Source: an uncultured delta proteobacterium (GTDB lineage: Bacteria; Myxococcota_A; Polyangia; Haliangiales; Haliangiaceae). Taken from it: 64,000 nucleotides of DNA. The notes beneath the pieces are model-generated. The model saw only the letters and a list, made by a program, of their open reading frames with translations, was not told the origin of the DNA and did no database searches. The stretch lies in assembly GCA_963743525.1 (NCBI GenBank), contig CAVUQH010000004.1:1-64000 (forward strand), written 5' to 3'. Below are positions 1 to 8,776 of the stretch, piece after piece (position 1 is the first letter of the stretch; every line of letters begins with the position of its first letter). Position numbers and translations under genes: made by a program.

Positions 1-137
1 TTGCCACGACGTTGCCAGGATGCACGAGATCCAGCGTGATCCGGCATGACAGGCTGGGACGAACGCTCAGACGGAAGGCACGGGAATCGGTGCAGGAACG
101 CGACATACCTCGCGTTTCGTTGTTCACCGATTGCTGA

Positions 138-161
138 TTCGATTCCCGTGCACTTCCGCCA
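138..161 (+). repeat. att-like direct repeat, copy 1: 3' fragment of a tRNA-Sec-type gene
   Basis: TTCGATTCCCGTGCACTTCCGCCA = T-loop, 13 nt (5-bp T stem + 8-bp acceptor 3' strands), G discriminator, CCA. The 8/5 geometry and TTCCGCCA end are typical of bacterial tRNA-Sec. Identical copy at 8687-8710. Confidence 0.85.
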
Positions 162-265
162 ATTGCTGCATGGTTAGCGAGCTAGTCGCGCGTTGCGGCC
201 CACTGGTCGCCCGAGCCCGAGCGCAAGCGGCCGATTGATTTCAACCCGGCACTGGGGCCACGATG

Positions 266-1255
266 CTACGGCGCTTCGGCGTAAAGGATCGCGAAGAACA
301 ACCCGAGCACGACGAGGACCGCCAGCATCCCCAGCGGGATGACGAGGCTCGATGGCGTCGATGCTTCGCCCGCGGGATTGCGTGGGCTGCGCGAGGACCC
401 GGTATGCGCGGGATTGCCGAAGGCCTGGCTGGTGAACGACATCATCATCGAGAACAGGATGAGCGGCGTCGAGGCGAGCCCGGTGGCGAACGCCCAACCC
501 GAGGTGCGAAAGCCCTTGCCACCCAGCGACCACAAGAGGGGCAAAGCGGCGAATGCGACCCAGAAGCCCAAGATCGCGAGCGCCGACGTCGACGCCTTGC
601 TGCCGCGCGCACGGAAGTGTGCGATGGCTTGCGCGGCATCTGCTTCGGCGTGCTCCACCGACGTGGCGAGGCTGCGTGCGTGGATGGCGTCCAGCATCAC
701 GAGATTGTCGGCACCGCAATAGATGCAGCGGGCGAACGTGTCGCCGGCTCGCACCGCGAGCGGTGCGCCGCACGAGCGACATACAGGTGGGGCGCCTTCG
801 GCGGCGGGCGGCTTGGCGGCGAGCGCCGCCTTCGCGCCGGGGACCCAGCCCGAAAGATAGGTGCTGTACCAGAACACCAGCGTTACCAGTCCCGCGGCGA
901 CGATCACCGGGCCCCACACGGACTCCGCGAGGAAGACCGGCACGTCAACCTGGCGATGCACCGCGAACTCGAACGCGGCGGCGCTGACGATGCCGCCCAC
1001 GACGATCACTGCAGGGAGCCACGACACGACCAGGACGAGGCCCCATGGCAACGTCCGCGCTTCGTAGCGCGCGAGGGTGGTGGCCGAGCGCCGGCGCGCC
1101 TCGTCGGATTCACGCAGCAGGTCGACGGCTTCGCGATAGGCGGCTGGCACCGCCTGCTCGGCGCCGCACGAAGGGCAGCGCGCGGTTGGCGCATCGACCG
1201 CGGCGAGCGGAGCGCCGCAGCGAGCACACGTGAACGGTTCAAGGGTGTTCGCCAT
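266..1255 (-). CDS. membrane protein with CxxC zinc-ribbon motifs
   Basis: Start MANTLEPF; CARCG, CPSCG, CRSCG, CIYCG; several hydrophobic helices. Confidence 0.75.
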   Translation of the reverse strand: MANTLEPFTCARCGAPLAAVDAPTARCPSCGAEQAVPAAYREAVDLLRESDEARRRSATTLARYEARTLPWGLVLVVSWLPAVIVVGGIVSAAAFEFAVHRQVDVPVFLAESVWGPVIVAAGLVTLVFWYSTYLSGWVPGAKAALAAKPPAAEGAPPVCRSCGAPLAVRAGDTFARCIYCGADNLVMLDAIHARSLATSVEHAEADAAQAIAHFRARGSKASTSALAILGFWVAFAALPLLWSLGGKGFRTSGWAFATGLASTPLILFSMMMSFTSQAFGNPAHTGSSRSPRNPAGEASTPSSLVIPLGMLAVLVVLGLFFAILYAEAP

Positions 1256-1499
1256 GGAATCGGTGCGACCGAACGCGGTCGCTAGCCCAGATACGTCTCC
1301 GCGTCGCACACGCGACAGCGGGCGACCAGCTCGGCCTCCCGGTACGGCGATGACATGGTGGAAGTTTGCCACGCCGGCCGCCGCTTCGCCCACTCTCGGT
1401 CGGCCGTCTTTCGTTGCGCTGGATCTGGCTTCGGCCTAACACCACGCCTGCACCCGAATCTCGTCGCGGGGCTTCAGCTGCTTCTCGAGCGTGCCGAAG

Positions 1500-1562
1500 G
1501 CGGAGCTCGTTGACGGCGAGGAGGCGCTTCGTCGGGTCCGCGAACACCTGCACGGGCGATAG
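1500..1562 (+). pseudogene. possible C-terminal remnant of an addiction-module antitoxin
   Basis: AELVDGEEALRRVREHLHGR* resembles such C-termini; no start found. Confidence 0.3.
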
Positions 1563-1657
1563 GCGCACTACCGCAGCGAACCGAGTGAGGGCCGTGCAGA
1601 CGGAACCCGCCCCGGGAGCTCGAGCGCCGGGTTCGACTCCGGTAGAGTTCGAACGGG

Positions 1658-4600
1658 GTGAAGCTGGCCGCGGGACTATACGAGGCGCTGATTACGCGCG
1701 ACCGCGCGGGCGCTCTTCGTGCTCTCGAGCAGCTGATCGCGGAGACCGAGGGGCTATCTGCCGAGGCCGGCCCGCACGTCCTGGCGCGGTACCTGTTCGA
1801 GCTGGTCTTGAAGGCCCTGCGCAACGTCCCCGGCGACGACAAGCTGCAGAGCCAGGTCGAGCTCGCCAACCGGCTGGTCGGGCTGCTGGCAAAGGAGACG
1901 CCGGCCTCCGGGATCGACGACGACGACGCGGTGCACCTGCCCCCGGAGATGCTGCTGTCCCTACGGGAAGTTGCCGACGAACGGCTCGGGACCGGGCATG
2001 TCGAGCGGCCGTCGCTGCCGCTGCGCCACAGCGATCTGATCGTCAACGGTCCGCGCGATCTCCGGCTCGGGGCGGAGATTCGCAGAGAGCTGGCTTCCGC
2101 TGACCGCGTCAACTTGCTCGTCGCGTTCATGAAGTGGAGCGGGCTGCGCATCATGCAGCACGAGCTCGGCGCCTTCGCACGGCGGTGCCCTGGCAAGCTG
2201 AGGGTACTCACCACGACGTATCTCGGCGCCAGCGAGGTGGAGGCACTGGACGCGCTCGCCGAGATGGGCGCGGACGTGCGTGTTTCGTACGACAGTCGAC
2301 GAACGCGGCTGCACGCCAAGGCGTGGCTGTTCCACCGAGACTCCGGGTTCTCGACCGCGCTCGTCGGCTCGTCGAACCTCTCGCGCTCGGCGATGCTCGA
2401 TGGTTGCGAATGGAACGTACGCCTGTCCATTGTCGACAACTCGGTGATCCTCTCCAAGTTCCAGGCCACATTCGACCAATACTGGAACGAGGGCGAGTTC
2501 GAGCCCTACGACCGGGAGCGGTTCCTCACCGAGACCGAGCGCCGGGATCCGCAGCGCGACGCGCTGGCTCGGGCGGTTCACCTACGGCCGTACCCACACC
2601 AACAGGAGGTCCTCGACGCACTGGCGGAGGAGCGCGCGGCCGGGCACCACCGCAATCTCGTCGTCGCCGCGACGGGCACCGGCAAGACCGTCGTTGCCGC
2701 TCTCGACTACGCACGACTGAGAAGGCAGTGGGGCGAGGCGAGCCTGCTGTTCGTCGCACACCGGCGCGAGATCCTGCAGCAGAGCCTCGCGACCTTCCGC
2801 GCTGCGGTTCGGGATGGGCACTTCGGTGAGCTGATGGTGGGCAAGCACAAGCCGACGCGCGGTCAGCACGTCTTTGCGTCGATCCAGTCCCTCCACGACG
2901 ATCGCGTGGCGACACTCGATACCAAAGCCTACGACGTCGTCATCGTGGACGAGTTCCACCACGCCGAAGCACCAACCTATCGGCGACTGCTCGAACACCT
3001 CCATCCCAAAATGCTGCTCGGCCTCACGGCCACGCCCGAACGTGCCGATGGCAAGTCCGTGCTCAGCTGGTTCGATGGCCGCATCGCCGCAGAGCTCCGC
3101 CTGTGGGACTCGCTGGACCTCGGCCTGCTCGTGCCGTTCCAGTACTTCGGCGTCCACGACAACACCGACCTGACCATGATCGACTGGCGAGCGGGTCGCT
3201 ACGATATCTCCAGCCTCGAGAAGGTCTACACGGCCGACGATTTGCGCGCGGCAGCCGTCTTGCGCGCGATTCACGCGAAGGTACGAGACCCGCTGTCGAT
3301 GCGGTCTCTCGGGTTCTGCGTCTCGGTGAAGCACGCCGAGTTCATGGCCGAGTACTGCAACCGCAAAGGGCTCCCCGCAGTGGCCGTCTCCGGCGAGACG
3401 CCGCTGCGCGAGCGCGACCACGCACTGCGAAAGCTGCGAGCTGCCGAGGTCAACGTCGTGTTCACGGTCAACCTGTTCAACGAGGGCGTCAACGTACCCA
3501 CGGTCAACACCGTGCTCTTCCTCCGCCCCACGGAGAGCGCAACCATCTTCCTGCAACAGCTCGGCCGCGGCCTTCGCCTCGCCGAGGACAAGGAATGCCT
3601 GACGGTTCTCGACTTCATCGGCACCGCGCACCGCAAATTCCGCTTCGATCAGCGCTACCGCGCCCTGGTCGGCGGCACGCGCGCCAACGTGCGACGCCAA
3701 ATCGAGCAGGGCTTCCCGCACTTACCGGCCGGCTGTGAGATCCAGCTCGATCGTGAGAGCCAGGAAGCCGTCCTGCACAACATCCGCACCGCCCTCCCCT
3801 CGACGGCAAAGGGCCTGGCCGAAGACCTCGCCGCAGTCGGCGAAGTGAGCCTCCACGAATTCCTTCATCACGCCGACATCGAGCTCGAGGACCTGTACCG
3901 GGGCACCCTGTCTTACACCGCACTCAAGCATCGCGCCGGCCTCCGCCAGGGCGAGCCACCCGACAATCCGGTGACCCGCGCCCTGAGCCGCCTGCTCCAC
4001 GTCAACGACTCGCGCCGGCTCGACACCTGGCGCGCATGGCTGGCGGCCAACGCCCCACCCGAAGCCGACCCGACCGATCCGCTTCAGCTCATGTTGTTCG
4101 CCGGGCTCGGTCACGTGCGCCGACCCGTCGCCGAGCTCCGCGACGCGTTCGACGAGCTCTGGGCCATGCCCGATATCCGCGCCGAGCTCCGCGAGCTACT
4201 CGATGAGCTCGACGACCGCCGCCGGCGCCCGACCTGGCCCATGCTCAATCTCCCGTTCCGCGTCCACGCAACCTACAGCCGCGACGAGATCAGCGCCGGC
4301 CTGCGACAAACCCGCAAAGGCAAGCTGCTCCGCACCCAGGGCGGCGTCTACAAAGACGAAGACGCCAGCGCCGACATCTTCTACGTCACCCTGCAGAAGG
4401 ACGAGAAGGAGTTCACGCCGACCACGCTCTACGAGGACTACCCGATCTCACCGACCCGCTTCCACTGGGAGTCACAGAGCAAGACCCGCGCCGACTCCGA
4501 CACCGGCCGCCGCTACCAGGACCATGCCACCCGCGGGTGGCGCATCTTGCTCTTCGTCCGCCAGACCAAACGCGACGACCGCGGCATCACCAGCCCCTAC

Positions 4601-4723
4601 CTCTTCCTCGGCCCCGTGCGCTACATCGAGCACGAGAGCGAGAAACCCATGCGCATCATCTGGGAGCTCGAGAGGGCCATGCCGCCCGAGTTCTTCCGGC
4701 AGGTCAAGGTGGCAGCGGGCTAG
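1658..4723 (+). CDS. PLD nuclease - SF2 helicase - DUF3427 protein (SauUSI-like candidate type IV restriction enzyme)
   Basis: LHAK...GSSNLS PLD motif; ATGTGKT, DEFHH, LTATPER, QQLGRGLR helicase motifs; YEDYPIS...FHWESQS C-terminus. Confidence 0.85.
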   Translation: MKLAAGLYEALITRDRAGALRALEQLIAETEGLSAEAGPHVLARYLFELVLKALRNVPGDDKLQSQVELANRLVGLLAKETPASGIDDDDAVHLPPEMLLSLREVADERLGTGHVERPSLPLRHSDLIVNGPRDLRLGAEIRRELASADRVNLLVAFMKWSGLRIMQHELGAFARRCPGKLRVLTTTYLGASEVEALDALAEMGADVRVSYDSRRTRLHAKAWLFHRDSGFSTALVGSSNLSRSAMLDGCEWNVRLSIVDNSVILSKFQATFDQYWNEGEFEPYDRERFLTETERRDPQRDALARAVHLRPYPHQQEVLDALAEERAAGHHRNLVVAATGTGKTVVAALDYARLRRQWGEASLLFVAHRREILQQSLATFRAAVRDGHFGELMVGKHKPTRGQHVFASIQSLHDDRVATLDTKAYDVVIVDEFHHAEAPTYRRLLEHLHPKMLLGLTATPERADGKSVLSWFDGRIAAELRLWDSLDLGLLVPFQYFGVHDNTDLTMIDWRAGRYDISSLEKVYTADDLRAAAVLRAIHAKVRDPLSMRSLGFCVSVKHAEFMAEYCNRKGLPAVAVSGETPLRERDHALRKLRAAEVNVVFTVNLFNEGVNVPTVNTVLFLRPTESATIFLQQLGRGLRLAEDKECLTVLDFIGTAHRKFRFDQRYRALVGGTRANVRRQIEQGFPHLPAGCEIQLDRESQEAVLHNIRTALPSTAKGLAEDLAAVGEVSLHEFLHHADIELEDLYRGTLSYTALKHRAGLRQGEPPDNPVTRALSRLLHVNDSRRLDTWRAWLAANAPPEADPTDPLQLMLFAGLGHVRRPVAELRDAFDELWAMPDIRAELRELLDELDDRRRRPTWPMLNLPFRVHATYSRDEISAGLRQTRKGKLLRTQGGVYKDEDASADIFYVTLQKDEKEFTPTTLYEDYPISPTRFHWESQSKTRADSDTGRRYQDHATRGWRILLFVRQTKRDDRGITSPYLFLGPVRYIEHESEKPMRIIWELERAMPPEFFRQVKVAAG

Positions 4724-4926
4724 GACCTCGCTCGACCGGCCCCGCCGGGTCCTGTCGCAGAAATGGTGGCGGGGCCCATCGGCCCCCATGCGCCTGGATG
4801 TGGATCGGCACCTTGCAACCGTTGATCGTCCTGATGACGACACAGCTGCAGCCACGAGCGGTACATGTTCAATCGCCTGCCCTGGCCTCGGAGCCGAGGC
4901 GTCCCAATGCGCCACGGTGTTTCCGG

Positions 4927-4955
4927 TTGACAAGTACGCCCTCGCTCCGTAGCTT
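4927..4955 (+). promoter_or_regulatory. sigma70-type promoter
   Basis: TTGACA (4927-4932), 17 nt, TAGCTT (4950-4955). Confidence 0.8.
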
Positions 4956-4979
4956 GAATTCGCGCCACAGGAGGCTGAC

Positions 4980-5036
4980 ATGTTCGATCTTGCAAACATG
5001 CTTCCGTTCGTGGGTCTCAACGCCCGCGTCTCCTAG
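4980..5036 (+). CDS. putative leader peptide, 18 aa, MFDLANMLPFVGLNARVS
   Basis: AGGAGG at 4969-4974, ATG 4980, TAG 5034-5036, directly after the promoter; below the ORF-track cutoff. Confidence 0.7.
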   Translation: MFDLANMLPFVGLNARVS

Positions 5037-5142
5037 TGCCCTCTCGGTGTCCCCGCGAGGGTAGACGCCGGAGCTGAGACCCGTTTCGACACGTCGATAT
5101 CGCGACGCCATGGCAGGAGCTCGCCTGCCACTGGAACGGGAG
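5001..5142 (+). promoter_or_regulatory. putative translational attenuator RNA structure
   Basis: CTTCCGTTC (5001-5009) pairs with GAACGGGAG (5134-5142, includes SD). Nested stems GGGTCTCA/TGAGACCC, GCGTCT/AGACGC, CCCTC/GAGGG, TGGCAGG/CCTGCCA. Confidence 0.65.
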
Positions 5143-5146
5143 AATC

Positions 5147-5578
5147 ATGAGTTCACGCAAGAATCGGCGCGGGCGGACGACGCCCGTGCGCTCTGAGATA
5201 GAAGCAACGAGCCGTCAAACGCTGGTAGAGAAGTTCTTTGGCGGCGGAGAAGAGAAGACCGATCACAAGCTGATCCAGTTGTGCCGACAAGTCGAGGAGG
5301 CGATTTCGCTCGCCCTCGTGTCGTCGGCCGATCCAATCATCCGCGACCTGTTCGTGGTCGCAGTCGAGCCCGTGCGCGGAGCGGCACTGCTGCGCGTGCT
5401 GGTCGCCACAGACAAGGAGGCCCCCGACTGCCACCGCATCAACGACAAGCTAGATCGAGCGCAGGGCTACCTACGCAGCGAGGTCGCGCGCGGAATCAAC
5501 CGCAAACGCGTGCCGAGCCTGGAGCTGGTGCTCGTATCACTCGACGACGAGGAGGACGACGATGTCGAACGCTGGTGA
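5147..5578 (+). CDS. divergent ribosome-binding factor A (RbfA)-like protein
   Basis: AQGYLRSEVARGINRKRVPSLEL matches the RbfA C-terminal signature; size fits; not in an infB-rbfA-truB context. Confidence 0.75.
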   Translation: MSSRKNRRGRTTPVRSEIEATSRQTLVEKFFGGGEEKTDHKLIQLCRQVEEAISLALVSSADPIIRDLFVVAVEPVRGAALLRVLVATDKEAPDCHRINDKLDRAQGYLRSEVARGINRKRVPSLELVLVSLDDEEDDDVERW

Positions 5579-6688
5579 CCTGCGCGTTTGGTCCGCCGAG
5601 CCGCTGCCCGAGGACGTGCAGCGCGCTCTGCGCCGGCTGGCCGCGCTCGACGAGGTCGTAGCCGTAGCCGCCATGCCCGACGTCCACCTGGCCAAGGAGG
5701 TGTGCGTCGGCGCCGTGGTCGCCACGGCGTCGCATTTCATTCCGTCTGCCGTGGGCGGGGACATCGGCTGCGGGATGGCGGTGATGAAGCTCGATGCGCC
5801 CGCGGATGTGCTCGACGACCGGAGGAAGGCGGCCGAGTTGCTCCAATTCATCAGCGAGCACGTCCCCACGGCCAAGCAGCGTGCCAAGCACGCCTCGCTG
5901 CCAGCCTCCCTGGCATCGGCGCGGCTGTCGGCACCGGCGTTGGAGCGCAGAAGAACACGATCGGCCGGCTCCAGTTCGCGACCCTCGGTCGAGGAAACCA
6001 CTTCGTGGAGCTGCAGCGAGACACCGTCGGTGCACTCTGGCTGATGCTCCACAGCGGTTCCCGTGGCATCGGCCAGGCTATCCGTGACCATCACTGCGGA
6101 GCCGCGGACGGCGGCTCCCGACTCGCGATGCTCGACGCGGGCGGCCTCGCTGGAGCTGCTTACCTCGGAGACCTCGAGTGGGCGCTCGACTACGCCCGCC
6201 AGAGCCGACGCCGCATGGCCGAAGTCGTCGCAATGGGCACGGCCGAGACCCTCGGCGCCCGTGCGCAGTGGGAAACCTACGCGGACTGCCACCACAACTT
6301 CGTTCGACGCGAGCAACACGGAAGCCGGCAGCTCTGGGTCCACCGCAAAGGCGCAATCTCGGCCCGCGAGGGGGAGCCCGGTGTGATTCCCGGCTCGATG
6401 GGCAGCCCCAGCTTCCACGTTGCCGGCCGTGGCAACGTGGCCTCGTTGTGCTCGAGCTCCCACGGCGCCGGCCGAGTAATGAGTCGCACCGAGGCCCGCC
6501 GCCAGGTCTCCGTGAAAGCACTGCTGCGGCGCATGGACGGCGTACTGTTCGACCATCGCCTCCTCAATCGCCTGCGAGACGAGGCGCCCCAGGCTTACAA
6601 GGACATCGGGGCGGTCATGCGCGCGCAGAAAGACCTCACGCGCGTCGTCAGGCGGGTGGAGCCGATGTTGGTCTACAAAGGGACGTAG
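5562..6688 (+). CDS. rtcB: RtcB-family RNA ligase, split by one frameshift near 5945-5950
   Basis: Frame 1: MPDVH, VGGDIGCG. Frame 2: TLGRGNHFVE, HSGSRG, HHNF, HRKGA, IPGSMG, SHGAGR, DEAPQAYKD. About 375 aa when joined. Confidence 0.9.
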
Positions 6689-6718
6689 CCCGCCACGTGC
6701 CAGTCGAGAGGGAGGCGG

Positions 6719-7035
6719 TAAGTCGAAGACCGCTCCCCTCTTGACCTCGTTTGCGAGCGAGTCGGCGGCGCTTCGCAACGTCTCCAGTCTCGCGTTTGCT
6801 GGCTCGACTTCCGACTCCTCGATGTTGTGCCCGTTGGGCGAGTGCAACACGAGACCGTTGAAGCTGCCCATACCTCCGTACGCGGTGAGCAGGTGCAAGA
6901 CCCCGTGATAATCACCGGACGCGATCTGGTTGGAGTCGCGCTCCAGCCGCCTCGCCCAGTGGCTTCGCCGTGTCTGCGAAGGAGCGCAACCAGCTCGTTG
7001 ACGACCTCGATCGGTTCGGCTGTCTCCGGGCCCAC
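6719..7035 (-). pseudogene. DUF6966-like small protein, frameshifted near 6960, stop codon apparently lost
   Basis: LVALLRRHGE / HWARRLE...AYGGMGSFN continues in a shifted frame; frame then runs on antisense into rtcB. End coordinate approximate. Confidence 0.5.
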
Positions 7036-7373
7036 GCCGCGACTCTACCCCGAGCCGTCGTGCGCGTCGCCAATGCGCGGAAGAGCCCTTCCAAAGCTCG
7101 AGCTGGAGCGGAGGATCCCAAGATCGTGCAGGAAGTGGGCAAGGTGTTGGGCTGGCTGGAAACGGGCAAGATCGCGCTCACGGGTGAAGAAGACGAGGAA
7201 TCGGGCACATGGGCTTCGTCGATAACCGCCCGACTGAGGAAGAGAAGCCCACCACGTACAAAGGTGTGGACATCCCGGATTCTCCCACACAACTATCGGC
7301 GTGGGCCCCTACAGGCCCGAGGTCTGGCGCTGATGGCGCGGGACTCAAGGACAGCCGAGACGCAGGGATAGAC

Positions 7374-7823
7374 GTGGAAGCAGTCATCTTCATAGGCATT
7401 CAGGCCACTGGGAAGTCATCGTTCTATGCTGAGCGTTTTCTCAACACGCACCTGCGCCTGAACATGGACATGCTGAAGACCCGGCACAGAGAGTCGATTC
7501 TGCTGGCCGCCTTCATCGAAGGAAAGGTCCCCTTCGTATCCGACAACACCAACCCAACGAGGGATGAGCGCCAGCGATACATCAGCCCCGCCAAGAAAGC
7601 TGGCTTCCGCGTCATCGGCTACTACTTCAGCTCGTCACTGTCCGACGCGATGAGGAGGAATGCCGAGCGCGAAGGCAAGAGCCGGGTCCCGGATGCGGGG
7701 GTACGGGGAACCTATTCTCGCCTGGAGCTGCCTGACGGGTCTGAAGGATTCGATGAATTGCACTACGTGAAGCTCGACGCAACAGGCGGATTCGCCGTGG
7801 AGGAGTGGAAGGATGAAGTTTGA
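7374..7823 (+). CDS. P-loop polynucleotide-kinase-like protein (AAA_33 type)
   Basis: GTG start, VIFIGIQATGKSSF Walker A, DNTN, RRNAER lid; overlaps thg1 by 11 nt. Confidence 0.85.
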   Translation: MEAVIFIGIQATGKSSFYAERFLNTHLRLNMDMLKTRHRESILLAAFIEGKVPFVSDNTNPTRDERQRYISPAKKAGFRVIGYYFSSSLSDAMRRNAEREGKSRVPDAGVRGTYSRLELPDGSEGFDELHYVKLDATGGFAVEEWKDEV

Positions 7824-8586
7824 CGAACTGGACAAGAAGATGCGTGTCTTCGAGACTGCGCACGACCACTGCGTGCTTCCCGAGCAGTTCATGGTCGCTC
7901 GAATAGACGGACGAGGGTTCACCCGCCTGACCAAAGAGGTCCACAAGTTCGAGGCGCCGTTTGACGAGCGATTTCGCGACTACATGGTCGAGACGACTGA
8001 GCACCTCATGAACTGCGGCTTTCGAGCCATCTACGGCTACACGCAGAGCGACGAGATTTCGATCCTGTTCCACCGCGACGAAGGCAGCTTCGGACGCAAG
8101 CTGCGCAAGTACAACTCTGTTCTGGCTGGCGAAGCCTCGGCCAAGTTCTCCCTGCTGCTGGGAGATCTCGGCGTCTTTGACTGCCGAATCTGCCAGTTCC
8201 CAAACGAGAAGCTCGTGGTTGACTACTTCCGGTGGCGCAACGAGGATGCCCATCGCAATGCCCTCAATGCTCACTGCTACTGGGCGCTGCGCAGAGAAGG
8301 TGCTGGCGTCCAAGACGCCACCGACCAACTCGCCGGGATGTCCGTTCCCGACAAGAACGAGCTTCTGTTCAAGATGCAAAACCTCAACTTCAACGACCTG
8401 CCCAACTGGCAGAAGCGCGGCACCGGCCTCTACTGGGAAAGCTACGCGAAGGAGGCCACGAATCCCAAGACGGGGAAAAAGGTGGAGGCTCAGCGCAGAC
8501 GGATAAAGCGCGACTTCGACCTGCCGATGAAAGAACAGTACAGCGACTTCATCGGCCGGGTGCTCGAAGAGAACCGTGCATCATGA
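7813..8586 (+). CDS. Thg1-like 3'-5' nucleotidyltransferase (tRNA-His guanylyltransferase family)
   Basis: ARIDGRGFTRL, YTQSDEISILF, FDCR, YFRWR, FNDLPNWQKRG. Confidence 0.92.
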   Translation: MKFDELDKKMRVFETAHDHCVLPEQFMVARIDGRGFTRLTKEVHKFEAPFDERFRDYMVETTEHLMNCGFRAIYGYTQSDEISILFHRDEGSFGRKLRKYNSVLAGEASAKFSLLLGDLGVFDCRICQFPNEKLVVDYFRWRNEDAHRNALNAHCYWALRREGAGVQDATDQLAGMSVPDKNELLFKMQNLNFNDLPNWQKRGTGLYWESYAKEATNPKTGKKVEAQRRRIKRDFDLPMKEQYSDFIGRVLEENRAS

Positions 8587-8686
8587 GCACAGTCCCGTTG
8601 GCCTGCCTGGGGCTGAGTGGGATTGCACGGGAAACAAACCACCGCGATTGCTCCAGGTCCGCGGCATGTTTGGCTGTTTCTGATGC

Positions 8687-8710
8687 TTCGATTCCCGTGC
8701 ACTTCCGCCA
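8687..8710 (+). repeat. att-like direct repeat, copy 2: tRNA-Sec-type 3' fragment
   Basis: Identical to 138-161 over 24 nt. Confidence 0.85.
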
Positions 8711-8776
8711 CTACTGCCTGATGTCGCTAGGCTTCGTCCCGCTCGGCCGGCCCGTATGCACTAGGGCTGATGGGCT

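Larger units (their letters stand above)
138..8710. mobile_element. genomic island between two tRNA 3'-end repeats, no integrase inside
   Basis: Perfect 24-bp direct repeats flank defence and RNA-repair genes plus gene remnants. TTGCCAC/TTGCCAG repeats at 1-18 resemble arm-type sites of a neighbouring element. Confidence 0.75.

Noticed and set aside
60..161. Intact tRNA-Sec gene
   Set aside because: Only the T-loop-to-CCA fragment is present at both sites; no 5' T-stem strand, D arm or UCA anticodon arm upstream.
1434..1460. attC-like start GCCTAAC...CTGCACCCGA
   Set aside because: No matching GTTRRRY end with complementary L box, no intI, and neighbouring genes are not co-oriented cassettes.
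1568..1645. GGTTCGACTCC T-arm-like motif with an imperfect upstream inverted repeat
   Set aside because: T stem does not pair properly, no cloverleaf or CCA; too weak to call a tRNA or third att site.
5930..5960. Programmed -1 frameshift in rtcB
   Set aside because: No canonical X XXY YYZ slippery heptamer, and similar indels occur in unrelated genes.
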